Shown: positions 7,781-16,746 of the stretch, piece after piece
How the letters are laid out: every line of letters starts with the position of its first letter
Numbering within the stretch: the stretch's first letter is position 1
NCBI GenBank assembly: GCA_963590435.1
Contig: CAVAPG010000001.1
Location: 1-55,666, forward strand
Reading direction: 5' to 3'
DNA: 55,666 nt
Origin: a bacterium
GTDB lineage: Bacteria > Bacillota > Clostridia > Oscillospirales > Oscillospiraceae
The notes under the pieces: generated by a model
What the model was told of the DNA's origin: nothing
The model's database searches: none
What the model saw: only the letters and a program-made list of their open reading frames with translations
Position numbers and translations under genes: made by a program

Positions 7781-9391
7781 ATGAATGAGATTTTTGTTGT
7801 CGGCCACCGCAATCCGGACACGGATTCGATTGTTGCGGCCATGAGCTATGCGGCGCTCAGAAACGCGCTCGGCGACAGGGAATACACCGCCGCCTGTCTC
7901 GGACATGTAAGCGACGAGACGCAGCGCATGCTTGATAAATTCGGCTTTGAGCCGCCGCACCAGATAAACGACGTGCGCACGCAGGTGCGTGATCTGGATT
8001 TTGACACGCCGCCCGCTCTCAACTCCTCGGTTACAATGAACAGAGCATGGCACATGATGCGCGAGCAGAAGATTTCCGTCATACCTGTCATAGACGAGGA
8101 CGGCACGCTTTACGGCACGCTGTCGGCAGGCGACATAGCATCATACAGTCTTCTGACGATTATAGATCCGCATATTGACGATGTTCCGCTGTGCAATATT
8201 CTCAGTGTTCTCGAGGGCAAGGTCCTCAATGAGGACGCTGAGATGTTCGACTGCATTGCAGGCAATGTTGCCATCGCGCTTCCGCAAAGCTGCGAAACGC
8301 TGTTGTTTAATGACCCCGACAGTATTGTCCTGTGCGGCGAGCAGCCGGATATGGTTGAGCGCGCGCTCAATCTCGGCGTAAACTGCATTATTCTCTGCCA
8401 GACGGAGGCCAAAAAGCAGTGGCTTGACAAAGCCGGCAGGACCTGCATTATATCAACGCCCTTCGATGCGGCGCGTGTGGCAAAGCTTATATACCAGGCA
8501 ATCCCCATATCGCGTCCGTGCCATACGGAAGATACGATATGCTTCCATCTGAGTGATTACATAGACGATGTACGCGAAGAGGTTCTCAAAAGCCGCTACC
8601 GCTGCTATCCTGTTTTGGATGAAAACGAAAAAGTAGTCGGCACACTCTCGCGCTATCACCTGCTGCGTCCGCGCAGAAAGCGCGTGGTTCTGGTTGACCA
8701 CAACGAGAAAGCTCAGGCAGTTGCCGGTCTTGAACAGGCGGAGATACTTGAGATTATCGACCACCACAGGCTTGCCGACATTCAGACAGCACAGCCCATA
8801 CGCATGAGAAACGAGCCTGTCGGCAGCACCACGACAATAATCTGCGGCATGTATCAGGAGCACGGCGTGATGCCCTCACCCGCCATGGCCGGACTTATGA
8901 CAGCCGCCATTCTGTCGGACACGGTAATGTTCAAATCCCCGACCTGCACGAAGCGCGACATTGCCCTTGCCGAACGCATGGCACGCATTGCGAATGTATC
9001 TCTCGAAGCCCTGGGCAAGGAGCTTTTCTCCGGCTCATCGGACTCCAAGCCGGCATCGGAGCTTATAGGCTCGGACTTCAAGGAGTTCCACATCTCCGGT
9101 CAGATACTCGGTGTCGGACAGATTACAACGCTCGACTCGGCAAAAATGCTCGAGCGGCGCGAGGAGTTCCTCGATGAAATGCGCCGCATGAAAAGCAACC
9201 GCGGATACGACATTGTCATCCTCATGCTCACCGATGTTCTGCTTGAGGGCACACAGCTTTTATATATAGGAAGCGATGATACCATACGCCGCGCCTTTTC
9301 GGCAGAGCCGAAGGACAATATGCTCTTCCTCCCCGGAGTAATGAGCCGCAAGAAGCAGATAATCCCGATGCTGACCGCCCTGTGGGGCTGA
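7781..9391 (+). CDS. CBS-domain-containing DHH/DHHA2 family (manganese-dependent) inorganic pyrophosphatase
   Basis: VVGHRNPDTDS (DHH motif I), two CBS repeats, DHN/DHHR motifs and a DHHA2-type C-terminus. Start moved to ATG 7781 (MNEIFVVGH); the upstream extension lies within the promoter. Confidence 0.85.
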   Translation: MNEIFVVGHRNPDTDSIVAAMSYAALRNALGDREYTAACLGHVSDETQRMLDKFGFEPPHQINDVRTQVRDLDFDTPPALNSSVTMNRAWHMMREQKISVIPVIDEDGTLYGTLSAGDIASYSLLTIIDPHIDDVPLCNILSVLEGKVLNEDAEMFDCIAGNVAIALPQSCETLLFNDPDSIVLCGEQPDMVERALNLGVNCIILCQTEAKKQWLDKAGRTCIISTPFDAARVAKLIYQAIPISRPCHTEDTICFHLSDYIDDVREEVLKSRYRCYPVLDENEKVVGTLSRYHLLRPRRKRVVLVDHNEKAQAVAGLEQAEILEIIDHHRLADIQTAQPIRMRNEPVGSTTTIICGMYQEHGVMPSPAMAGLMTAAILSDTVMFKSPTCTKRDIALAERMARIANVSLEALGKELFSGSSDSKPASELIGSDFKEFHISGQILGVGQITTLDSAKMLERREEFLDEMRRMKSNRGYDIVILMLTDVLLEGTQLLYIGSDDTIRRAFSAEPKDNMLFLPGVMSRKKQIIPMLTALWG

Positions 9392-9453
9392 TTTGCCCCC
9401 ATCTTGAACAAAACGCGGCGGCGAGGGCGGCCAAATTTGTTCAAAAGCGGCAA

Positions 9454-9482
9454 TTGACAATATTAATAAGCCTGAGTATAAT
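9454..9482 (+). promoter_or_regulatory. Perfect consensus sigma-70 promoter of the aromatic amino-acid operon
   Basis: TTGACA (9454-9459), 17-nt spacer, TATAAT (9477-9482). It lies ~280 nt upstream of the pheA ATG. Confidence 0.75.
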
Positions 9483-9516
9483 TTACTCATCTTACAGGGA
9501 AAGCGAGGATACGGTC

Positions 9517-9675
9517 ATGACTGATTGCCGCAATAGCATGCGCAGCTGTTCCGTGTCTGAGTCTGCCCTCAGTGCATCTGTGTCCTTTAACGCAGTACGA
9601 TTTTATTCGTACTGCGATTTTTATTATTTTTGCTTTTCTCCCGAACGGCAAAGGACGACGGCAATGCACGGTTAA
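9517..9675 (+). CDS. Putative Phe/Tyr-rich leader peptide (52 aa) of the aromatic operon
   Basis: GAGGA (9505-9509) lies 7 nt before ATG 9517. The peptide MTDCRNSMRSCSVSESALSASVSFNAVRFYSYCDFYYFCFSPERQRTTAMHG has 5 Phe and 4 Tyr among residues 24-40, and this stretch overlaps terminator 1. The F/Y run may partly be a by-product of the U-tract. Confidence 0.4.
   Translation: MTDCRNSMRSCSVSESALSASVSFNAVRFYSYCDFYYFCFSPERQRTTAMHG
9591..9637 (+). terminator. Leader terminator/attenuator 1
   Basis: cgcagtacg-attttatt-cgtactgcg (9-bp perfect stem) followed by atttttattatttttgctttt. Confidence 0.7.
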
Positions 9676-9708
9676 GGCTGCGTGAGCGGCGTATATAAGT
9701 CATTGAAT

Positions 9709-9753
9709 GCGGTTTCTTTGCCAGAAAAGAAATCGCATATTTTTATTTTTATT
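9709..9753 (+). terminator. Leader terminator/attenuator 2
   Basis: gcggtttcttt-gccaga-aaagaaatcgc (11-bp stem with one G-U pair) followed by atatttttatttttatt. It ends 16 nt before the pheA ATG. Confidence 0.7.
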
Positions 9754-9768
9754 GAAAAAAACAGAGGT

Positions 9769-10881
9769 ATGAACATGAACGATCTTGAGACTTCCAGAAA
9801 CGAAATAAGCCGCATTGATGCCGAAATGGCAAAACTTTTTGAGCAGCGCATGAACGCCTGCGCCGCCGTTGCGGAATATAAAAAGCAGCACGGGCTCTCC
9901 GTCAAGGACTCGGCCCGCGAGCATGAGCTTATCGAGCGCAACCGTACGCTCATCGGCAGTGCCGATATCGAGAGCTATTATGTTCAGTTCCTCAGAAAGA
10001 CCATTGACCTGTCCTGCGAGTATCAATCGAAGCTACTCGAGGGAATGCGCGTGACCTACTGCGGCGTTGAGGGTGCGTTTGCTTACATGGCGGCAAAGCG
10101 CATGTTCCCGGGTGCTGAGCTTATCGCCTACTCCAACTTCGGCGATGCATACAAGGCCGTTGAGCGTGGCGAATACGACTGTGTGGTGCTTCCGCTTGAA
10201 AACAGCGCCGCCGGCGAGGTCGGAACGGTTATGGATCTTATATTCTCCGGCGACCTGTACATAAATCAGGTTATTGACCTGCCAATCGAGCACAATCTGC
10301 TCGGAGTTGAGTCGGCAACCCTCGACAGCGTGAAGACCGTAATCAGCCATCCGCAGGCACTCGACCAGTGCGAGGAATATATACGCAGTCACGGCTTCGA
10401 AACCGAGGCATTTTCAAACACCGCGCTCGCCGCGCAGTATGTCAAGGCGAAAAACGATCCGGCTCTTGCGGCAATAGCCTCGGACGAGACGAGCGAGATA
10501 TTCGGGCTGAGCGTGCTCGACAAGGTCGTAAACGATATAAAGACCAACACCACGCGTTTTGCGGCACTCTCGCGTGCGCAGAACAGACCCGTTGCGAAGT
10601 CAAACCGCGCCGAGGAGAATTTCATTCTCGTGTTCACAGTCAAAAACGAGGCAGGCTCTCTGGCACAGACGCTGAATATAATCGGCGCGCACGGCTTTAA
10701 CATGCGCAACCTGCGCTCGCGCCCGATGAAGGATCTGCAATGGAACTACTTCTTCTACATTGAGGCAGAGGGAAACATAAACAACGAAAACGGACAGGAT
10801 ATGCTCCGCGAGCTGTCGGCAGTGTGTGCAAAGCTCAAGCTCGTCGGAACCTACTACTCAAATCTTACGCTCGGAGAGTGA
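9769..10881 (+). CDS. pheA: Bifunctional chorismate mutase / prephenate dehydratase (P-protein) with a C-terminal ACT domain
   Basis: N-terminal CM_2 helix (ISRIDAEMAKLFEQRMN), PDT core (VTYCGVEGAFAY...TRF) and an ACT region (ILVFTVKNEAGSLAQTLNIIG). Start set at ATG 9769. Confidence 0.9.
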   Translation: MNMNDLETSRNEISRIDAEMAKLFEQRMNACAAVAEYKKQHGLSVKDSAREHELIERNRTLIGSADIESYYVQFLRKTIDLSCEYQSKLLEGMRVTYCGVEGAFAYMAAKRMFPGAELIAYSNFGDAYKAVERGEYDCVVLPLENSAAGEVGTVMDLIFSGDLYINQVIDLPIEHNLLGVESATLDSVKTVISHPQALDQCEEYIRSHGFETEAFSNTALAAQYVKAKNDPALAAIASDETSEIFGLSVLDKVVNDIKTNTTRFAALSRAQNRPVAKSNRAEENFILVFTVKNEAGSLAQTLNIIGAHGFNMRNLRSRPMKDLQWNYFFYIEAEGNINNENGQDMLRELSAVCAKLKLVGTYYSNLTLGE

Positions 10882-10886
10882 TTGAT

Positions 10887-11885
10887 ATGATAATCCCCGT
10901 AAAAAACGAAACAGGCGGCTATGACATAGTTCTCGAAGCGGGTGCGCTCAAAAATGTCGGCAGGCTTTTGAATCTCAAGCGCCGAGTGTTCATCGTGACC
11001 GACAGCGGAGTTCCGGCGCAGTATGCCGAAACCGTTGCCGCACAGTGCGAAAGCCCGATTATTCTGACGGTTGAGCAGGGCGAGGCGAGCAAATGCTTTG
11101 AGGAGCTTCGCAGACTTCTTGAGGGCATGCTCAATACCTCAATGATGCGGTCTGACTGCGTTGTCGCGGTCGGCGGCGGCGTTGTCGGCGACCTGAGCGG
11201 CTTTGCCGCATCGTGCTATATGCGCGGAATTGATTTTTACAACATTCCGACGACGCTGCTTGCGCAGGTTGACTCCTCCATCGGCGGAAAAACGGCAATT
11301 GACCTAAACGGCGTTAAAAACATAGTCGGTGCGTTCTATCAGCCAAAATGCGTCGTCATAGACCCCGAGGTCCTGTCAACTCTTTCGCCGCGTCAGACCG
11401 CGGCTGGTCTTGCAGAGGCAATAAAAATGGCGGCGACGAGCGATGCTGAGCTGTTTTCACTCATCGAAAACAGCAGCTGTCTTACAGACGACCTGCCCGA
11501 GATAATCCGCAGGGCACTGCTTATAAAGCGAAATGTCGTCGAGCAGGATCCGCGTGAGAGGGGACTGCGAAAGGTTTTAAACTTCGGCCACACGATAGGT
11601 CATGCCGTTGAAAGCTATAACGGCGGCAGGCTTCTGCACGGCGAGTGCGTTGCGCTCGGCATGATGCCGATGTCAGGCGGCAGTGCTCGGCAGAGAATTA
11701 AAGCCGTGCTGGATAAATATAATCTGCCGACAGAGATCTCACAGAGCGCCGATGAGCTCAGACCGTTTCTGGAGCATGACAAAAAAGCCGGCGCAGACGG
11801 TATATCCGCGGTGCTCACGAATGAGATAGGCTCATTTGAAATTTGCCGCATGAGCGTGGATGAAATACTCGCGCGCCTGATATGA
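10887..11885 (+). CDS. aroB: 3-dehydroquinate synthase
   Basis: VGGGVVGDLSGFAA...IPTTLLAQVDSSIGGKTAIDL...NFGHTIGHA motifs. Start at ATG 10887 (MIIPVKNE). Confidence 0.85.
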   Translation: MIIPVKNETGGYDIVLEAGALKNVGRLLNLKRRVFIVTDSGVPAQYAETVAAQCESPIILTVEQGEASKCFEELRRLLEGMLNTSMMRSDCVVAVGGGVVGDLSGFAASCYMRGIDFYNIPTTLLAQVDSSIGGKTAIDLNGVKNIVGAFYQPKCVVIDPEVLSTLSPRQTAAGLAEAIKMAATSDAELFSLIENSSCLTDDLPEIIRRALLIKRNVVEQDPRERGLRKVLNFGHTIGHAVESYNGGRLLHGECVALGMMPMSGGSARQRIKAVLDKYNLPTEISQSADELRPFLEHDKKAGADGISAVLTNEIGSFEICRMSVDEILARLI

Positions 11886-11901
11886 TAAGAGAGGATAAGA
11901 T

Positions 11902-13002
11902 ATGAAAAACAGCTTCGGTCAGAGTCTGTGCCTGACGCTTTTCGGCGAAAGCCACGGTCAGGCGGTCGGCTGCGTCATTGACGGGCTTGCGCCCGGCATG
12001 CCGGTGGATACGGATTTTATCGCGCATCAGCTCTCGCGCCGCCGCCCATCCTCGCCGCTGGACACGCCCAGGCAGGAAAGGGATAATTTCAGCATAATAA
12101 GCGGCGTATTCAACGGAAAAACGACAGGCACGCCGCTGTGCATAGTCATTCCGAACGAGAACACGCAAAGCCGCGATTATAACTACGGTCCTGCGAGGCC
12201 GTCACACGCCGATTACTCGGCATACTGCAAATACCACGGCTTCGAGGACTACCGCGGCGGAGGGCATTTCTCCGGCAGAATCACCGCGGCGCTGACTGCG
12301 GCAGGCGGCATTATAATTCCCGCTCTGGGCCCTCTCGGCATAGGCATTGCAACACATATATCGAGTTGCGGCGGCGTTTACGACCGCGAGTTTGAAAGCA
12401 TGGCGGAGGACATAAGGTCTCTCGGTGAAAAAAACTTCCCCGTGCTTGACGATGAGCGCGGCATGGAAATGGCGCAGCGCATTCTCGAGGCCAGGCAGGA
12501 TTCCGACAGTATCGGAGGAGTGACCGAAACGCTTATTCTCGGCCTTCCGGCAGGTTTGGGCGAGCCGTGGTTTGACAGCGTTGAGAGCATTTTATCGCAT
12601 GCGGCGTTTTCCTTAGGCGGCATAAAGGGCATCGAGTTCGGCGCAGGCTTTGCCGCCGGTGCCATGCGCGGCAGTCAGTTTAACGATGCGATGAGAATTT
12701 CCGATGGCAAAGTGGTCACCCTGAGCAATAATAACGGCGGCATAAACGGCGGCATAACAAACGGCATGCCCGTTATCTTCCGCTGTGCGGTGAAGCCCAC
12801 GCCATCAATTTCAAGGACGCAGGGCACTGTTGATTTTATAAAAGGCGAAAACACTTCGCTGAGCATTCAGGGGCGGCACGATCCGGCAATAATCCGCAGG
12901 ATATGTCCGGTGCTCGACAGCGTTGCGGCGCTGTGCGTTGCGGATATGCTCAGTGTGCGATACGGCACGGATGTGCTTACAAAGAAAGCGGAGGATTTAT
13001 GA
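11902..13002 (+). CDS. aroC: Chorismate synthase
   Basis: FGESHG...RPSHADY...GGGHFSGR...GRHDP signatures; 366 aa. Confidence 0.9.
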   Translation: MKNSFGQSLCLTLFGESHGQAVGCVIDGLAPGMPVDTDFIAHQLSRRRPSSPLDTPRQERDNFSIISGVFNGKTTGTPLCIVIPNENTQSRDYNYGPARPSHADYSAYCKYHGFEDYRGGGHFSGRITAALTAAGGIIIPALGPLGIGIATHISSCGGVYDREFESMAEDIRSLGEKNFPVLDDERGMEMAQRILEARQDSDSIGGVTETLILGLPAGLGEPWFDSVESILSHAAFSLGGIKGIEFGAGFAAGAMRGSQFNDAMRISDGKVVTLSNNNGGINGGITNGMPVIFRCAVKPTPSISRTQGTVDFIKGENTSLSIQGRHDPAIIRRICPVLDSVAALCVADMLSVRYGTDVLTKKAEDL

Positions 13003-14237
13003 AATACGGACTTATAGGTGAGCATCTGACGCACAGCTACTCATGCGAAATTCATGCGCAGATAGCCGATTACGAATACGAGCTGCACGAGCTGTCCCCC
13101 GATGAGCTGGGCGAATTTCTGACAAGGCGCGAGTTTAACGCCATAAACGTGACCATACCGTACAAGCAGACCGTCATTCCCTATCTTGACGAAATTTCCG
13201 AGACGGCGCAGCGTATAGGCGCGGTGAACACGATAGTAAACCGCGACGGCCGCCTCTTCGGCGACAACACCGACTTCCCCGGCATGCTGGCGCTGGCAAA
13301 GCACGCCGGAGTTGACATGAAGGGCAAAAAGGTCCTCATCCTCGGTACAGGCGGCGCATCGAAAACGGCACATGCTCTGGCCGAATACATGGGCTGTGAG
13401 AGCGTCAATTATGTCTCACGCGGCGGCAGAGACGGCACCGTGAGCTATGAGCAGGCCGTAAGTGAGCACTCTGACGCGCAGGTTATCATAAACGCGACCC
13501 CTGTCGGAATGTTCCCGAAGCAGAACGCCTGCCCTATCGACATATCCGCCTTCCCGAAGCTGGAGGGCGTACTTGACGCGATATACAATCCCCTGCGCAC
13601 GAACCTTATTCTCTCGGCACAGGAAAGAGGCATTGCCGCAGAAGGCGGACTTTACATGCTCTCGGCTCAGGCGGTGTACGCCTCGGCAATCTTCCGCGGC
13701 ATTGAAGTCGATGAGACGCTGGTCGGCAAGGCTTTCGGCACTGTAAAGCGCGATAAGCAGAACATTGTTCTTATCGGCATGCCGTCAAGCGGAAAGACAA
13801 CAGTCGGCGGCATACTGGCAGAAAAGCTCGGCAGAACACTCGACGACACGGACGAGCATATAGTCAGAAAAATTGGCATGTCGATATCCGATTTCTTTGC
13901 AAAATACGGCGAGTCTGAGTTCAGAAGGATTGAAAAAGAGACCGTTAATGAGCTTGCCGCAATGGGCGGCAGAATAATCGCGACAGGCGGCGGTGCAGTG
14001 CTCGACCCTGAAAATGTACGCACTCTCAGGCAAAACGGCGTTCTCATTTTCCTCGACCGCAGGCCGGAAAATCTCATTGCAACCGATGACAGACCCCTCG
14101 CCTCGCGCCGCAGTGCGCTTGAGAAGCTTTACGGTGAGCGATACGGAATATACACGGCAGCCGCGGAAATTCACATTGATGCCAATACGACCCCGGAGGC
14201 TGAGGCAGACGAAATAATAAAGGAGCTTCTCAAATGA
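12999..14237 (+). CDS. aroE: Fused shikimate dehydrogenase (N-terminal, ~270 aa) and shikimate kinase (C-terminal, ~165 aa)
   Basis: AroE-like: YGLIGEHLTHSYS...NVTIPYK...GAVNT...GTGGASK. AroK-like: NIVLIGMPSSGKTTVGGILAEKLGRTLDDTDE...GESEFRRIE. ATGA overlap with aroC. A single uninterrupted frame. Confidence 0.85.
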   Translation: MKYGLIGEHLTHSYSCEIHAQIADYEYELHELSPDELGEFLTRREFNAINVTIPYKQTVIPYLDEISETAQRIGAVNTIVNRDGRLFGDNTDFPGMLALAKHAGVDMKGKKVLILGTGGASKTAHALAEYMGCESVNYVSRGGRDGTVSYEQAVSEHSDAQVIINATPVGMFPKQNACPIDISAFPKLEGVLDAIYNPLRTNLILSAQERGIAAEGGLYMLSAQAVYASAIFRGIEVDETLVGKAFGTVKRDKQNIVLIGMPSSGKTTVGGILAEKLGRTLDDTDEHIVRKIGMSISDFFAKYGESEFRRIEKETVNELAAMGGRIIATGGGAVLDPENVRTLRQNGVLIFLDRRPENLIATDDRPLASRRSALEKLYGERYGIYTAAAEIHIDANTTPEAEADEIIKELLK

Positions 14238-14683
14238 AAATTCTCGTAATGAACGGACCGAATATAAACATTCTCGGCATAAGAGAGCCGGAGATATACG
14301 GCAAAAGGAGCTATAGAGATCTTCTTGAGCTTGTTTCCGCGCACGCGAAGGAAAAGGGCGTAAACGTCGAATTTTATCAGTCAAACCACGAGGGCGACCT
14401 CGTTGACGCGATACAAAACGCCTATTATGACGGCATTGACGGCATAGTTTTCAATCCTGCAGCCTACACGCACACCTCGCTTGCCATAGCCGATGCGGTT
14501 AAAGGCGTCGCAATTCCGACGGTCGAGGTTCACATATCCGAGGTGTCCGAGCGTGAGGCATTCAGACAGATAAGCTACATCCGCGATGTTGCAGTGAAAA
14601 CCATCTGCGGTCACGGTCTTGAGGGCTACAACGAGGCGCTTGACTTCCTTATAGATTACATCGGAGAGAAAAATGAAGCTTAA
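14234..14683 (+). CDS. aroQ: Type II 3-dehydroquinate dehydratase
   Basis: MKILVMNGPNINILGIREPEIYG...QSNHEGDL..INPAAYTHTS signature. Confidence 0.9.
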   Translation: MKILVMNGPNINILGIREPEIYGKRSYRDLLELVSAHAKEKGVNVEFYQSNHEGDLVDAIQNAYYDGIDGIVFNPAAYTHTSLAIADAVKGVAIPTVEVHISEVSEREAFRQISYIRDVAVKTICGHGLEGYNEALDFLIDYIGEKNEA

Positions 14684-15881
14684 AATAAAACCCTCACGGC
14701 TTCAAGGCACGGTCAATGCGCCTCCGTCGAAAAGTTATGCCCACCGCATGATGATATGCGCCGCACTTGCCGACGGCAGGAGCGAGATAAGCGGAATTTC
14801 CGACAGCGAGGATATGCTCGCAACGCTCGACTGTCTGACAGCACTCGGTGCGGAATGCAAAATGAATTCCGGCAGTGTGAGCATAACGGGAAAGCCCAAA
14901 AAAACTCCGCACGGTGCCGTACTGCGCTGCCGTGAAAGCGGAAGCACCCTGCGCTTTATGATTCCACTTTCGCTCACAGGTGAGCGAGTGCGCTTCGAGG
15001 GCGCCGAGCGGCTTTTGGAGCGCGGCATCGGCATATACGAGACTCTCCTGTCCGAAAAGGGCATTGAGATAAAAAAAGACCCCCTCGGTATCGAGCTTTG
15101 CGGCGCGCTGCCTTCGGGAGAATATATCCTGTGCGGCGATGTGAGCAGCCAGTTCGTTTCGGGGCTTCTGTTCGCGCTACCGGGGCTTGACTGGGACAGT
15201 TCGATAAGGGTCCTGCCGCCGGTTGAAAGCCGCGCATATATAGACATCACCCTTGATGTGCTGAAGTCATTCGGCGTTGAAATTGCAGAGCCGGAGCCTA
15301 ATTTCTTCGTCATCCCCGGCGGACAGAGCTATACGGCGCATGACGCAAATGTTGAGGGCGACTGGTCAAACGCCGCCGCGCTTGAGGCATTTAATTACAC
15401 AGGCGGCAAGCTTTCCGTCATCGGGCTCAACTCGAGCAGCATACAGGGCGACAGGGTCTGCCTTGAATATTTTAAAGCTCTCACACAGCCCGGGGCACGG
15501 CTCGATATCTCCGGCTGTCCCGACCTCGGGCCTGTTCTGTTTGCGCTTGCCGCCTGCCTCGGCGGCGGAGCCGTATTCACTGGAACGCGCAGGCTTCGGA
15601 TAAAAGAGAGCGACAGGGCATCGGTCATGGCCTGTGAGCTTGCCGCCTTCGGCGCGGAGACCGAGCTTTCGGACAACAGCCTTGTTATAAAGCCGTGTAC
15701 GCTTCACGCACCGGAAATTGTTCTGTCATCGCACAATGACCACCGCATCGTGATGGCGCTCACGCTTCTTTGCAGCGTGACCGGCGGCGTTATCGAAAAT
15801 CCGCAGGCGGTGCGCAAGAGTTACCCCGATTATTTTGACGAGCTTAGCAGGCTCGGTCTGGAGATTGAATATGAAGCTTAG
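14673..15881 (+). CDS. aroA: 3-phosphoshikimate 1-carboxyvinyltransferase (EPSP synthase)
   Basis: PPSKSYAHR, RESGSTLRF and DHRIVMAL motifs; 402 aa. Confidence 0.9.
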   Translation: MKLKIKPSRLQGTVNAPPSKSYAHRMMICAALADGRSEISGISDSEDMLATLDCLTALGAECKMNSGSVSITGKPKKTPHGAVLRCRESGSTLRFMIPLSLTGERVRFEGAERLLERGIGIYETLLSEKGIEIKKDPLGIELCGALPSGEYILCGDVSSQFVSGLLFALPGLDWDSSIRVLPPVESRAYIDITLDVLKSFGVEIAEPEPNFFVIPGGQSYTAHDANVEGDWSNAAALEAFNYTGGKLSVIGLNSSSIQGDRVCLEYFKALTQPGARLDISGCPDLGPVLFALAACLGGGAVFTGTRRLRIKESDRASVMACELAAFGAETELSDNSLVIKPCTLHAPEIVLSSHNDHRIVMALTLLCSVTGGVIENPQAVRKSYPDYFDELSRLGLEIEYEA

Positions 15882-16746
15882 TAAGGACACGAAAATACTC
15901 ATTCTCGGCCTCGGTCTTATGGGCGGAAGCTACGCCAAGGCTCTGACAGAGCGCGGCTTTGAGGTCGGCGCCGTGACGCGGCGGCAGGAGACGATTGATT
16001 ATGCCCTCACCGAGGGTATAATCGCCCACGGCAGGGCCGATATTGACCCCGAATACATCTCACGCTTTGATCTGCTTATATTCGCCATGTATCCCCACGG
16101 TTTTGTCGAGTGGATTGAAAACTATCAGCAGTATATCAGATCCGGTGCGATAATAAGCGATGTTACGGGCGTAAAGTGCAGCATAATATATAAAATTCAG
16201 GATATCCTGCGCCCCGATCTGGAATACATCGGTGCACATCCCATGGCAGGGCGCGAGTGCAGCGGAGTTGAAAACGCGAAGTCTGAGATATTCGAGGGTG
16301 CAAACTACATAGTAACGCCGACGGATAAAAACACGCCCGAGGCAATCGAGCTGTGCAAGAATCTCGGCAGAGTGATGGGCTTTCGCATGATAGCCGAGCT
16401 TACACCGGAAAAGCATGACGAAATGATAGGCTTCCTGTCACAGCTTGCCCACTGCATAGCCGTGTCGCTTATGGTCTGCAAGGATTCCAAACATCTTGTT
16501 GACTACACGGGTGACTCGTTCCGTGACCTGACGCGAATTGCGAAGATAAACGATGAAATGTGGAGCGAGCTGTTCCTGCTCAACCGCGATGAGCTTGTGC
16601 GTCAGATGGATCTGTTTTCGGAAAATTTCACGCTTCTGCGTGACAGCATAGCCGACGGCGACAGGGAAACCATACGCCGCATGATGCGCCTTTCAACCGA
16701 GCGCAGAAAATATTTTGATGTTGAAAAAGAGGATGAGACGTCATGA
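15871..16746 (+). CDS. tyrA: Prephenate dehydrogenase
   Basis: ILILGLGLMGGSYAKAL Rossmann motif and GAHPMAGRE catalytic motif. Start at ATG 15871, overlapping the aroA end. Confidence 0.85.
   Translation: MKLSKDTKILILGLGLMGGSYAKALTERGFEVGAVTRRQETIDYALTEGIIAHGRADIDPEYISRFDLLIFAMYPHGFVEWIENYQQYIRSGAIISDVTGVKCSIIYKIQDILRPDLEYIGAHPMAGRECSGVENAKSEIFEGANYIVTPTDKNTPEAIELCKNLGRVMGFRMIAELTPEKHDEMIGFLSQLAHCIAVSLMVCKDSKHLVDYTGDSFRDLTRIAKINDEMWSELFLLNRDELVRQMDLFSENFTLLRDSIADGDRETIRRMMRLSTERRKYFDVEKEDETS

Noticed and set aside
9483-9768. T-box riboswitch as the leader of the aromatic operon (the expected Firmicutes mechanism).
   Set aside because: I could not find a specifier-loop/K-turn Stem I. I also could not find the conserved T-box element (a GGUGG-containing motif, recalled from memory) immediately 5' of either terminator. 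This remains formally untested without a covariance-model scan.
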